Below are positions 25,621 through 37,064 of a DNA stretch of 64,000 nt, piece after piece. The notes under the pieces are model-generated. The model saw nothing but the letters and a program-made list of their open reading frames with translations. It searched no databases and had not been told where the DNA came from. The position numbers and the translations under genes are program-made. Numbering within the stretch: the first letter of the stretch is position 1; every line of letters begins with the position of its first letter. Source of the stretch: Camelus ferus (taxonomy: Eukaryota); NCBI RefSeq assembly GCF_009834535.1, contig NC_045697.1:5954001-6018000 (forward strand), in the 5' to 3' direction.

Positions 25621-26948
25621 TGTTCCTTCTTTTTAAGTTCGAAAGGTTTCGCTTCCACAGAGGGTTCACCGGGCAGACCTACTAAACCGATGCTGACGTA
25701 TAAACTGTGCTCTCCGTAAACAGGAAGGAAGACGGGACTACTTTTGAAGGCGCTGTGCCGTCGAACTTCTGAACTGTGAAGCCAGTGTCACATTCATGGA
25801 CGTCTTTCCTGGGAACAAACCGACAGTCACCTAGCACAACACTAACTGGGCACCTGGGAAAGAGGAGGCACGAGCCAGGCTGAAAGGTCAGGGCTAAGGA
25901 GGGAAGAAGGCCCCCTTTCCCCTCCTGATGATGCCCACTGCCTTGTTTAGATCGTGGGGGTCTTCCTGTGGACCAGTTCAGACGTAGCTGTGCCGTGAGT
26001 TCAACCGGGAAGGCAGCGCTGCTGACTGGCTGACGCTGGACTGTAAACACGGGTGATGAAGACAGGGGTGGGGGTTGTGCGCTGCCCTGACAGCAAGGTG
26101 ACTGCCACCAGCTTGGCTGTCGGCCCAGCCCGGGCTGCCTCGCGCATGCCCCCCCCCCCACCCCCCCCACCCCCGGCTCTGCAGAGCGGATCTACTCCGC
26201 TCCTGACTGATCCCTCCCTTGGCCGGCACCCTATCCAACCCAACACCATTCCTCTTCCAGGTGACAGACAATCCCAGCCACCAGGTCCCCTGCCCACAGC
26301 CTGTCCCCTCCATCAAGCCGGTGGAAGGGTCTTCCCGAAACACAAACGCAATCACTAGTCCCATGGTGTAGTATCCTCACTGTTTCCTAAATGTCTGCTC
26401 TGGAGGGTCTCAACCACCGCTATGCATTAGAACCATCTGGAGCACTTAAAACAGTGCCACCCTGCCCCTCCCCCGCTGCTCCAAGTAGCTCTGAATCTTG
26501 GTGATGGTGGTGGCAGGTCCCAAGCATTAATTATTTCTTTCACTCACCCTTCTGGATCTCACGTGCTTCCAGGGCTGAGAACCTCTGGCCCACAGGATCA
26601 AGCGTGAGCTCCCTACCAGAGCATACAAGGTCTAGTGGGGTCGACCCCACATCACTGATGAAATAGCAAATGCCTGAAGCAAAGGCCAGGCATGCAATTA
26701 CTGTTTGTGGTTAGTGTATGAGCGTCCAGTCTGTCTCCTGCTACCAGGCACATCCAGGCCCTTTTGGAATCTACCAGGAGCCCTCCCACCCCAGAACTGG
26801 CACCTGATGACTCCTCCAGGGGGTCTCAGGACCACCCTGTGCTCAACCAGAGGGGAAGTAGTCAGGGACTCAGCAGCACATCTGCCCGGCTCCTGGGCGG
26901 CCTCCGACCAGGTGTCCAGGCCAGGCTTCCAAAACCCACCCGTACTTC

Positions 26949-27441
26949 CTGTAGTCGGCTGTGGAATGGCCCCAAATCCCAGGACCCGACATCCTGTGAA
27001 TGTTGCCTGCCTTACACGGCAAAAAGAGACTTTGCACATGTGATTAGGTTTGGATCTTGAGATGGAAATTCTATCCTGTGTTATTTGGGTCGACCCTAAC
27101 TGCCATCACAACTGCCCTTATAAAAGGGAGGCTGAGGGAGTTGTGACATGGAAGGTGAGACCACGTGATCGTTGAAGCAAAATGCTTCACTGCTGGCTTT
27201 GAAGATGGGGAGGGGCCGGGAGCCGAGGCACTCCAGAAAGCAGCCTAGAAGGTGAGAAAGGCAAGAAACTGGATTCTGCTCTGGAGCCTGTGGTGGGGAT
27301 GCGGCCCTGCCAACACCTTGGCTTCAGCTCAGGGAGACTGATTTTGGACCTTCGGGCTTCCAGAGCTGTAAGATAGTAGATTTCTATTAAGCCACACATT
27401 TTGTGCTAATTTGTTGGAGCGGCCCCAGGAAGGGCGTACAC
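26949..27441 (+). mobile_element. MaLR LTR (MLT1D-like)
   Basis: tgtagtcggctgtggaatggcccc...ttacacggcaaaaagagactttgcacatgtgatt...gatcttgagatgg...tgctggctttgaagatgg...ccagagctgtaagat. Confidence 0.85.
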
Positions 27442-29189
27442 TCCCAGGGCCGCGCCTCTGGGGTTCACCTTGCTGTCTCATTTGCAAGGCTGGATTAGCA
27501 CCTCTCACCCTCCGTGTAGGAGACACTGGTCAAGATTTGTGACTCCTGGGGGGACACTGTATAGTGTAGTGGTCAGGAAGGCACAGCCTGGAGCTGCATG
27601 GGTTTCAATCCCACTTCTACCCCTCATTAGCTGGGCAACCCTGGGTAAATTACTTAACCTTTCTGTGCATCAGGTTCTCCATGTGTGAAATGGGGCCATA
27701 ATGGCATCTACCTCACAGGGCTGTTGCGGGAGTAAATGAATTACATTTGTAAATGAATTAAATATGTACAATGCTTGGACCAGAAGCAGGTGCACAGTAA
27801 TTCTCAATCAGTGTCGGCTCTGATTGTCCATCTTGGTGGCTTCTTCCCGTGACACCTGTGCTCTGACATGTCTGACAGGAAGCAGCTGTTCTGGATGTTC
27901 TAAGATGGGCACGCAGATGTGTGTCATTTGCGCCTGGTGGGACCTCAGATCTGTGGGTGGGTGGCACCCCTCCTGGCCCTGAGCTCCTAGCCCAGGCCGA
28001 GCCCTCCCGGGCCACAGTCCCCTGCTCAGGCCAGGCTCTCAGCATCCCTGGGACTGATGTATCTCTGAGATCACCCTGACAATGCAAATGGATGTGTTTT
28101 TACACGTGGTGACAGCCTCAGCATGCGGCTCCTGCAGGAGAGACACTAACCCTCAGAGTCCTGAGTCCTGGTCCCACTCTGTCCTCAGACACTCCAGCTC
28201 CTTATGGCAGGGTGACTCAGCATGAGTGGTGACCCAGCACGAGCGGTGGCCCCAGAAACCTCTCAGGCTCCCCAGGGCCTCCAGCCAGGTGAGTGCCTGG
28301 CGGGAAGCGAGCCAGTTGGGATGAATGTGGTGAGCCCCCCAGCATGTTGCCAAGGCCGTCAGAAAGCAGGTTATCCTGAAAGGAGAGTGAAACCCATAAA
28401 AGCCGTGTGGGTAGAGGAAGTCGCCAGTCCACGGCCGTGACTGTGCGCTTCCGCTCCCTAGCCTCGGGCAGGTCTCCCAGGCCTGCTGAACCCAACCTTC
28501 TTCCGAAAAGCGGGCTAGGGTCCTCATCAGGGGAGGGCACAAACTTTCTGCCTCTTCCCCTTGGAAGGCAGCTTGCTTTTCCGCTCAGGTAGGATGTGGC
28601 CATGTGAATTTCACTCACAGGAATTTGTGCATCAGGGTCTTAATGAGCAGGTGTGGAACCTACCATATTCTCCCCACCTGCCCCGGGGGCAGCTGTTACG
28701 GAAGGAAGGGGTCCTGCCAGCCAGCATCCTAGTCAGAAAGCTCTGGGACAGAATCTCTAGCCGCCCCACAGTGATTATCTAGCACGAGTGACATAACCCC
28801 AGGTGGTCGGACACCACTGAGACTTGGGGGCTGTTTCTTCCTGCAGCAAATCGCAGCCCATCCTGACTGGTATGTGGGGGTAGTAAGACCTTCCATGAAG
28901 CGGAGTGACTGCACGTGTAACCTGACACCTAGGAAATGCCCCGTTGTGTCGCTGGCTTCTCCCCTACCCTTTCCCTGACCTGCACTCCAGCTCAGTACCC
29001 TGAACTGGTGTGCACTTTATGGAACTGAGCATAAAACTGGGCCCCAGACTCACCCGACTCAGAAAGTGTCTCAAGGTAAACGCAGTCCTGCATTTCTGTT
29101 TGGGAGAAGCTGCGGGTGGGCTAGGATCTGCCAAACGAACAACGTGAAATACAGGCCAGATGGATCGATTTTAGCTGGAGATCTCTCTG

Positions 29190-29192
<3 letters not shown>

Positions 29193-29230
<38 letters not shown>
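29193..29230. repeat. (GT)n microsatellite
   Basis: Run of GT units followed by (ATGT). Confidence 0.9.
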
Positions 29231-31370
29231 ATTTAATGATTAGCAACTCAACCCCAGTTCAAATGGACTTTTAGGACAGGGTCATCTGCTTATAACCAAG
29301 GGGTCCATCTCCCTGTCTTACAGGTGAGGGTGAGAGCAGGGTTCAAGTCAGACTCTGTCATTTTTCTGAGCATCTTTCTGAGCTCCAGTCTCTGATCTGT
29401 CGAGGCAGAAAAAGAGGCGCTCCCTGGCCCGCGGCAAGCGCTCAGTAAACACTAGCATTAGTGGCATGTCAGTGCTGTAACTCCCAGGCTGCAGCGGGAA
29501 AGCCAGCTGGTGCTTTGGGTCTGGGAGTTCAGTGAGAGCTTTCATGCCCCCTCCTCCAAACCACTCAGAAGACAGCGGCCGTCGTCGAGGATGTGTAAAA
29601 CTTAGTTGTGGGCTGTGTGAAGGCTCTAGAATTTCTCCACTTAATTTGTAAGGGTGTTGGGGAGATCTGTGTTGACAGAGAAGCGATTTGAAGTGAATTT
29701 TCCCCACAATAATGAATATTTTACTAACCCCTGGCTCTGCTGGCTTTGAACCAAACTGGAAAAAGCCATTTAAGGTTTGAAGTCAATTGAAAAGACAATT
29801 TGTTATGTTCTGAGCGCAGCCAGGCGAAGGGGCCCTGAGGATGGAGTAAATGGGTGCAGAGGCGTCTCTAACTCCCTGGCTCCTGGCCTCCCCTGACATG
29901 CAATGGCTGTAGCTAAGTCAGGATGTTTTAAAAGTTGCAGAGTGCCTCAACCCCTGACTCTGAGACTGAGGAGATGGGGAGGCTGATGGAGACTGTTGGT
30001 GAGGAAGCCGTGATGGGGCAGAGCCACCGGCTTTGACTGTGACTCAGGCTCTCGGGCTGATCACGTCTGCTCCCTGAGCCTCACTTCTCTGCAAGATGGA
30101 AAGGCTGAGAAACCCCAGCTGGGGGCTGCATGAGGGTGACATGAACACATAAAGCCTCGTGCAGGGGGCCTGGTGCAGAGTAATTGCTTTCTAGCTGTGG
30201 ATGCAGGAGTAGCCATCACGTGGGTCTGCAGCCGGGTGCTGACCTCGACTCAGCCCAGCTTCTAGCAGAGAATCCAGAATGTGCTGGGCTTAGCGCCAGC
30301 TAATTAACAGACAGACTATTAATAGAGAGGCAGGGGAGGGTTGAAATAGGCCCCGAGAATGGATGGTGGGTTCTTTCTCAGAGGCATCTGATAGATTCTC
30401 ACCTTCACCAGTGGTGTCACCTGCTCTCTGGGCAGCAGGGAGCCCTGGTGGGCATTAAAGCAGGGAAGCCTGACCCTCCCTCCTGGAATGCAGCTGGGTC
30501 CCTTGCTCTGTGCAGAACATCTTTTGTGTTCCTGGCCCTGGAGAACTCTCTGATCTCATTTCCTGCCTCTCTGGTCTTCCCTGCTCCTTCTGTTCCAGCG
30601 ACACTGGCCTCTTTGCTGTTCCTTACACAGGTCAAGCATGGCCCTGCCTCAGGGCCTTTGCACTTGCTGTTTCTCTGCCTGGATGTCTCCATTCCCAGGC
30701 TGCTCCCTCCCTTCACTCAGGTCTCCGCTCTGATGTCACCAGCTTCAAGAAGCCTTCTCTGACCTCCTCACGTCCACCTTGGTTGCCTGCCTCCTTTTTC
30801 ACTCCAGGACCATTGAACACAAGTTTTTGTCCCCTCCTCCATCTCTATTGCAGGAAATCATGCCAGGTACAAGGCAAGGGCTCAATAAATATGTGTTGAA
30901 CGAACGAGCGAGTGAATGAATAGAGTCTAACACAAAAAGAACCTGTGTCTGTTCCCTGAGTTATCGATTCCCTGTCGATTGTGATCATTCTTGGGACAAT
31001 GACCACAGAAGCCGTGGGGATGTGGATGACAATCTGGAGGCTACATGCAGGGCAGGGTGGCCGTGTGCACGGGAACAAGGACACGGACTTGTCTCACACT
31101 GGGGCCAGCGCGTTGCAAAAATGCTGGTTTAAGATGATCACTGAGGTTTCCCTGCAGACCCTCAGCAGACCTACTCCCTGAGCATTTAGGGGCAGCTTCC
31201 GGAAGGTGTGGGAGAGAGGGAGAGGATTAAGGCTTTGGACCAAAGCACATCTCCCCTTTCCTCAGACCAAGAGTATGAATCTCCCGTAGAGAGGGGACCA
31301 GCCTCTGCTTTCTGAATCATCCATCACTCTGAGGGAATCTCGTGAGCAAAAGACCCCTTGTCGGTCATAC

Positions 31371-31498
31371 CTGAACGAACGGGAAGAGGAGCCCCAGAGC
31401 GAAGCTGGAGAGCCAGCTGGTGGTTCCTGCCGCGGTGAAGGCAGCCGGCCGCTGTGATCGCTGGAAGAGCTCACTGGTCAGGATGAAGGGGATGCCAC
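31371..31498 (-). CDS. SLC2A9: SLC2A9/GLUT9 penultimate coding exon (end of TM10 through TM11), 128 bp
   Basis: Not in the ORF track; read by hand on the minus strand: ttgcAG|GT GGC ATC CCC TTC...TTC CCG TTC GTT CAG|GTatga = (G)[42 protein letters not shown]. Canonical AG/GT, open frame, and a phase-0 end that joins in frame to KSLH of the last exon. Confidence 0.95.
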
Positions 31499-33138
31499 CT
31501 GCAACCACAGCCAGGGCACGGACTAGTCACCCTGCAGAGGTCAGGCTGCCAGCACCCATCTCCATGTGGTGGAGGAGCCCCTCCTGGCAAGAGCTGGCTC
31601 TGCCTGGGAGAGCCGAGCCTGCAGAAGGGGGTGCTGGAGTTACAGCCTTTGACCCTTAACAGTACCTAAACCTTTCCTCTGACCTGCCCATCCCAACGAG
31701 ATGAGCCTCCTGGCTCTCCAAATGCCCTCTGTATCAAGCTGTGCTCCACCATAAACTGAGTACGATATGTGGCAATTTGATTTAAAAGGCAACTGGCATT
31801 TACTGAATATATTGTGTTAGGAATGCTTATAATTTATCTTTGGAATAACTGAGTCAGGCAGGTATTGGCTGCCATATTCCCTGGATGAGAAAACTGAAGC
31901 TCAGAGAGGTTACTTGACTTAGCCAAGGTAACCCAGCTCCTGAGTAGCAGAGCCAGGGCTCAGGCTTGGGACTCTGACCTCCAAATCTCAGGGGTTTTCT
32001 GCTGATCCTTGCTTAAGAAGAGGGAAGTCCCTGCCTGATCTCCCCTTGATTGGATGGGTGGTGGGCCCCCGTTCCTGAGGTGCCCAAGCATTAGAGTGTT
32101 AGCAGAAACATCATCGACATGGGGCGGAACAATTCTTTATTTTGAGAGACTGAACTTGTGCAATTGCAGAATGTTTTCCACCCTTTGCCTCCTGAAGCCA
32201 GGAGTGCCCCTCTTCGCCATGGCAACCCAAACTGCTTCCACCCATTTCCAAATGCCCTCTGGGCACCATACCTGGCCTAGATTCCCTGAGGTCTGCACCC
32301 CTCCCTTCCCAACTGTCCTGCTCAGTGAGACACAGGATTGGGCTCTGTGCCCACGCGCTGTACCTGGGGCTCAGTATGACCATGAAGGTCTGGTTTGCAG
32401 CCTCCCTTCCTCAACAGAAGTCCTCACTCTCATCAGACCTAGACCTTGGAGGTCCACGGACAAGACAGGATGGATGGTAGAGGGGAAAACCCTGAGGGAC
32501 CTTTGCCGACCTCAGTTTGGAAACCACTGGTCTGGGGTCACTCATTCCATCAAGATTCAGTGATTACTGGCTGTGCTGGGCTGGCCCCTCATTCCTGGAG
32601 GACAGCGGCAATGCCCCTGCTCTCATGACATTCCCTCATCTGGCTGGGGAGAAAAGATGACTTGTTTATTTGTCCTTGTTTAAAGGATGAGAGTGAAGGA
32701 ATGAATAATCACAGTGTGTGATAGGCACTGGAGGAAACATTCAGAGCAATGGGAGAGGGTCTATTTAGTAGTACTGGGGGAGATGATGGTGGAGATGTGG
32801 CTTAAAGGAGGAGTTGCAGCTTGTGAAGATCTGAGGGAGAACCTGCCGGGGGAGGGATGGGAGGGTAGAGAGGCGAAAAGGGTTGGGTCAAGGTCTAGAA
32901 CACAGGCCAGCCTGTCTGGACACCTGAGGGAGGGTAGGGAGGAATGGGGTGAGGTGGCAAAGGTGAGCAGGGCCGATTAAGCAGCCTCTGTAGGTGAAGG
33001 AGAGGGGTTGCCGTTGAAGAGAACTCCCGTGGGCCTTTAAGTAGATGTGATTAAGCTGCACTTTGTGGAGATCACTGCTGTCTGGAGAAAGGACTGAGGG
33101 ATAAAAGATGGGTACAGGAGGCTATTGGGCAGTGCAGG

Positions 33139-33741
33139 TGAGGCAGGAGGGCAAGGGGCAGGGCACAGCCATGAAAAGAATGACACAGCAATTAGCACCA
33201 AGGTGGCAGAAGATTCAACTCCCAGTAGACCTTGAGCTTCAGTATCTGCTCACTGTAACATATTAGCATACTAAGTGGCACTCCCACAGGGGCCATGACA
33301 GTTGCAAGGCTGACCATTAAAGGTCAAAAAGTGGGAAGTGGTCCAGTTCCTGGGAATCCCAGCTCCTTCTCCAAAGTACGTGGAATAATCCTCCCACTTG
33401 TTAGCATATGAAGTTACCGCCCATCAAAACTAGCAACCCCGCCCCTCGCGGTAGCTCTTTTGCCTTTGGAGATGGCCTGCACTCTGTATGGAGAGTACTT
33501 TTACTTTGAACCCTCCCCCCACACATACCTTGTGGCCTCTCTGGCCTTCTGTGATGGTCTATACTCAGTCTATGGAGTGTGCATTTCTCTGCATAAATCT
33601 ACTTTCACTCAACTACAGCTCACTCTTGAATTCTTTCCCGCAAGAAGCCAAGGACCCTCACTTGGTGGGATGCATCCCAGGGACTCACCAAAGACCTGGG
33701 ACACGACTGACCATCCTCCCACACCTCATTCTCCTGTACCA
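33139..33741 (+). mobile_element. Solo ERV1-type LTR
   Basis: TG...CA termini with 4-bp TSD cagg (33135-33138 / 33742-33745). Homologous to the LTR at 47538 (shared 'ggcagaagattcaact.ccagtagacct', 'ggaataatcctcc', 'ctcttgaattcttt'). Confidence 0.85.
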
Positions 33742-35161
33742 CAGGAAGGAGGCAATGTTGCCTAGGGGGTTTGGATGGTGGCAGTGGGGGTGGATGGAAG
33801 GGAGGGGCTGAATTCTGGGATTCTCCATCCCATGGAGCTCAGTGTGAGCACTGCACACAACCACAACACTCATCAAGTTCAACCAGGCAACCCAAGGTCA
33901 CAGAGCCTGGACCAACTCAAGCCTGTGTCTCTCCAGAGCTTTCACAATTACCACTCCAGCACGCTGCCACCAAGCCTGGGACTTCGCACTTCAAAACTGA
34001 CCCAGAATGCATGCACCATTCCCTGACCCCTCTACTAGACTGTGAGCCCTCCGGGGCAGGCAGCATCTCCAATTGCCTGGCATCTCTGACACAGTAGACA
34101 TGCGAATAATATTTATTTACTTGAATTAAATGCCCTAAGTTTGATTTTGAAAAGATTTGATATGCTGTTTACTACAAAAAAGTGGACTCTCTTTACCTTA
34201 AAGGTATCTATCAAAATGTACAAGATCAACGGTTGCATATTGAAAGTTAATGTGCTGAAACCAGCCTTGGGTCTGTAGGGCACATGATGTTGCATTGTCC
34301 GAAAGAGTTTGTATCACACACCCAGCTGGTCCTGCAGCGAACGCGCTGTGAGCCTTGCAGCATACCCCAGGGGGCAGTTCACAGCTCTTCTGAAGCCTGA
34401 ACAGGCTTGAGAGCTGGTGTTTCACCTTCCCTGACTTCCCTAGGTGTGTTTTGGGAGCACCTGCGGGTAACTCAGTTAACACTTCATGATGACGGTGCAT
34501 CAGCTTGAGATGGAGCAGAACACTGACAAACCCACCTCTCTGCACTTTCTTTGTTGCTTCAGGGCTGGGGCCATGATTTATTTATTGGCTATGGACCCTC
34601 CTCTTAGGATACACATGCAAAGCGCTCTGTAAAGATTTTTAGGATCAGTGAAGGAATGATAAAGACACCCTGGAGTCCAAAGGACATCTACATCAGGCCT
34701 CTTCTTTCTTTCCTTCGTCAGGTCTTCAGGCCACCCCCGCAGGACAAACACAAGCAACCACGAGGATCCTGCATGGCCCCTGTAATCATGGGCTTTCACT
34801 TCCGTCATTTCGTTTGAACCTCACAACCAGAGAAGGTGGTGAGGCACAGTGGGCTGGGGCTTGGGTGCCGGTGTCGGTGAGAACAAGTTGAAGTCCGGAC
34901 CCCGCCAGATTCCTCTGGAATCCAGGTCTCTCACATGTGAAGTATGATGGCAGGGACTTAGTACTGGGGATGTTTGCGAGGATACATGAACTGCTGTGTG
35001 TAAGCACTTAGTCTAAGTCTTCCACCTGAAAGATACTCAATAATTAAATGTTAGCTACTATAATTACAATTTAAAACTCCTCTGCATTATTTTTCCCCAT
35101 TGTATGAGTTAGCTGAAGCTCAGAGAAGGGGAGTTACATGCCCAAGGTCTCTTAGCAAGGA

Positions 35162-35420
35162 GTGATGATGGTGATGATGATGGTGGTGGTGGTGGTGGTG
35201 GTGGTGGTGATAATGATGCTGGTGATGATAATGGTGATGATTGTGATGATGATGGTGATGGTGATGCTGGTGGTGGGGTTGATAATGATGCTAGCTAGCA
35301 AGGACAGTGATAATAATAATGATGATGATATAGAAATGAAGATGATGGCAGTAATGGTGATAATAGAGATGATGGTGCTGCTTCATGATGGTGGTGGTAA
35401 CCATGTGGCAGATGTTATGA
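35162..35420. repeat. Degenerate (GAT/GGT)n trinucleotide repeat
   Basis: gtgatgatggtgatgatgatggtggtggt...; this produces the spurious M/V-rich ORF. Confidence 0.95.
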
Positions 35421-36939
35421 AAAGCACTTGACATACTATTTCATTCAGTTATCACTACTATGTGATAGTTTCTACTATTATTTTTCCCACTTAGCATACA
35501 AAGGAACCTACACTTAAGAAAGTAAAGTAACTTCCTTAAATCACATCACTAGTGGGACCCAAACTCAAGGCTGGGTCACTCCCGAGTATGAGTCTTAATT
35601 ATCCATTGTGACGCAAGCAAGTCCAAGACACTAACAGTCTTAAAAGTATGCAAAAGGAACTTAACAGTCTTCATGCTTTTATTTGAATGTTCTTCCAAGT
35701 CCTGGAATTCACTTGTTTCTCTTTTGCCTCTGGGCATTGGTGGCCTGATTTCCTAAGAGTCTCTCCTGGTCTGTTTCTTTAAATCAAGGGTAAAATGACA
35801 AAGAGTGAGTTTTGATATGGGAACAGAATGAGTTTCTGTCTAGGTCCTTTATTTTTGTTTTGCTTTTCAAAGTGAAAATATTTTTTTTTTTAGATTATCA
35901 TAAGTAATATTTGCCCATTTTAAACAAGTAAAGGAAGCATGCAATATAAAAAAGCTTAAAAAGGAAACAAGGTCGCCCTTAACCCTTCCACCCGGGGATG
36001 ATCCCCATTTGTCTTTTGGTGCTTGGAGAATCGATTGTTGCTATAAAGAAGCCTAGACCTAGTCTGGAATTTCTGCTTCAGTGATTGGCTTTTTCTACCT
36101 GAAGCCCTAAAGGAATCTTTCTTTATCCGTGAAGTTCATTAACTTAACTTTGATGGGGCTGGTGTTGACTTCCCTGCAACAATCTTTCTTAGAACACCGT
36201 GTGTCCCTCTGAGCTACAGATCCACTCTTTACTCACTTTCTATGTTGTACTTTTGAAGACTTCTGTTCTCTGTGTTGGATTCTTTACTTTGGAGACACTA
36301 TTATCCCTATGTTGGATCAGCTTTATCTCTCTTCTGCATCCATGGTCTCTCGAGTCACTTCACTCTCTTATTTCCTGCCTGGACTCCGCACGCTCTGGGC
36401 GATCTCTCCCTTCTTTCTTTTCTCCCTTCCCTTCCTTTCTTTTTTCTTCCAGTCCCACCTTCACTTTTTATCTTCTTCTGGGTTGTCTGTCTTTCACACT
36501 GTGGTTAGATCATGGGGTGGGGTGTTACAACACAGCTCCTCCGTCTCTGGCTCAGCTGTTGTAACAACCAAGCTGTATCAGACAACAGCACCCCTGGTGT
36601 CCACCATGAGGGGCCATCTGACACCACATTCCTTCTCACAACCTCCTTTCTTTCTCCTCCAGGAGATATACCTGATTTAAATTCCCACATCTACTACTGA
36701 CTATGTGACCACAGCTAAGGACATCTATGGCTCTCAGTTTTCTTACCCATGAAATGAAGATAACACGAGTTCCTTTCTTGTAGTGTTGTTTTGAGGATCA
36801 GCACGCTCAGCAATGTGCGTCTGCTGTATTCTAGCAAACACAGCCCTCGTATTTCCGCCCCCAGCAAGCTTCTCTGCATATTTAACTCCCTTCCTCCTCT
36901 GGTAATTTCTAACACTTGGGTACCTGAGAGAAATCGCAA

Positions 36940-37064
36940 TTTGTTTATTTGTTTGTTTATTTGTGTATTTGTTTGTTTGTTTATTTATTTTAGAGGAGGT
37001 ACTGGGACCCAGGACCTCGCGCATGTTAAGCATGTGCTCTAGCACTTGAGCTGGACTCTTCCCT
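36940..37064 (-). mobile_element. tRNA-derived SINE (Vic-1-like) with B-box deletion
   Basis: T-rich tail, then gaggaggtactgggacccaggacctcgcgcatgttaagcatgtgctctagcacttgagct. The 'attgaa' of the B box is missing relative to the other copies. Confidence 0.85.

Noticed and set aside
35162..35431. Hydrophobic M/V-rich 89-aa ORF
   Set aside because: Trinucleotide-repeat artefact.
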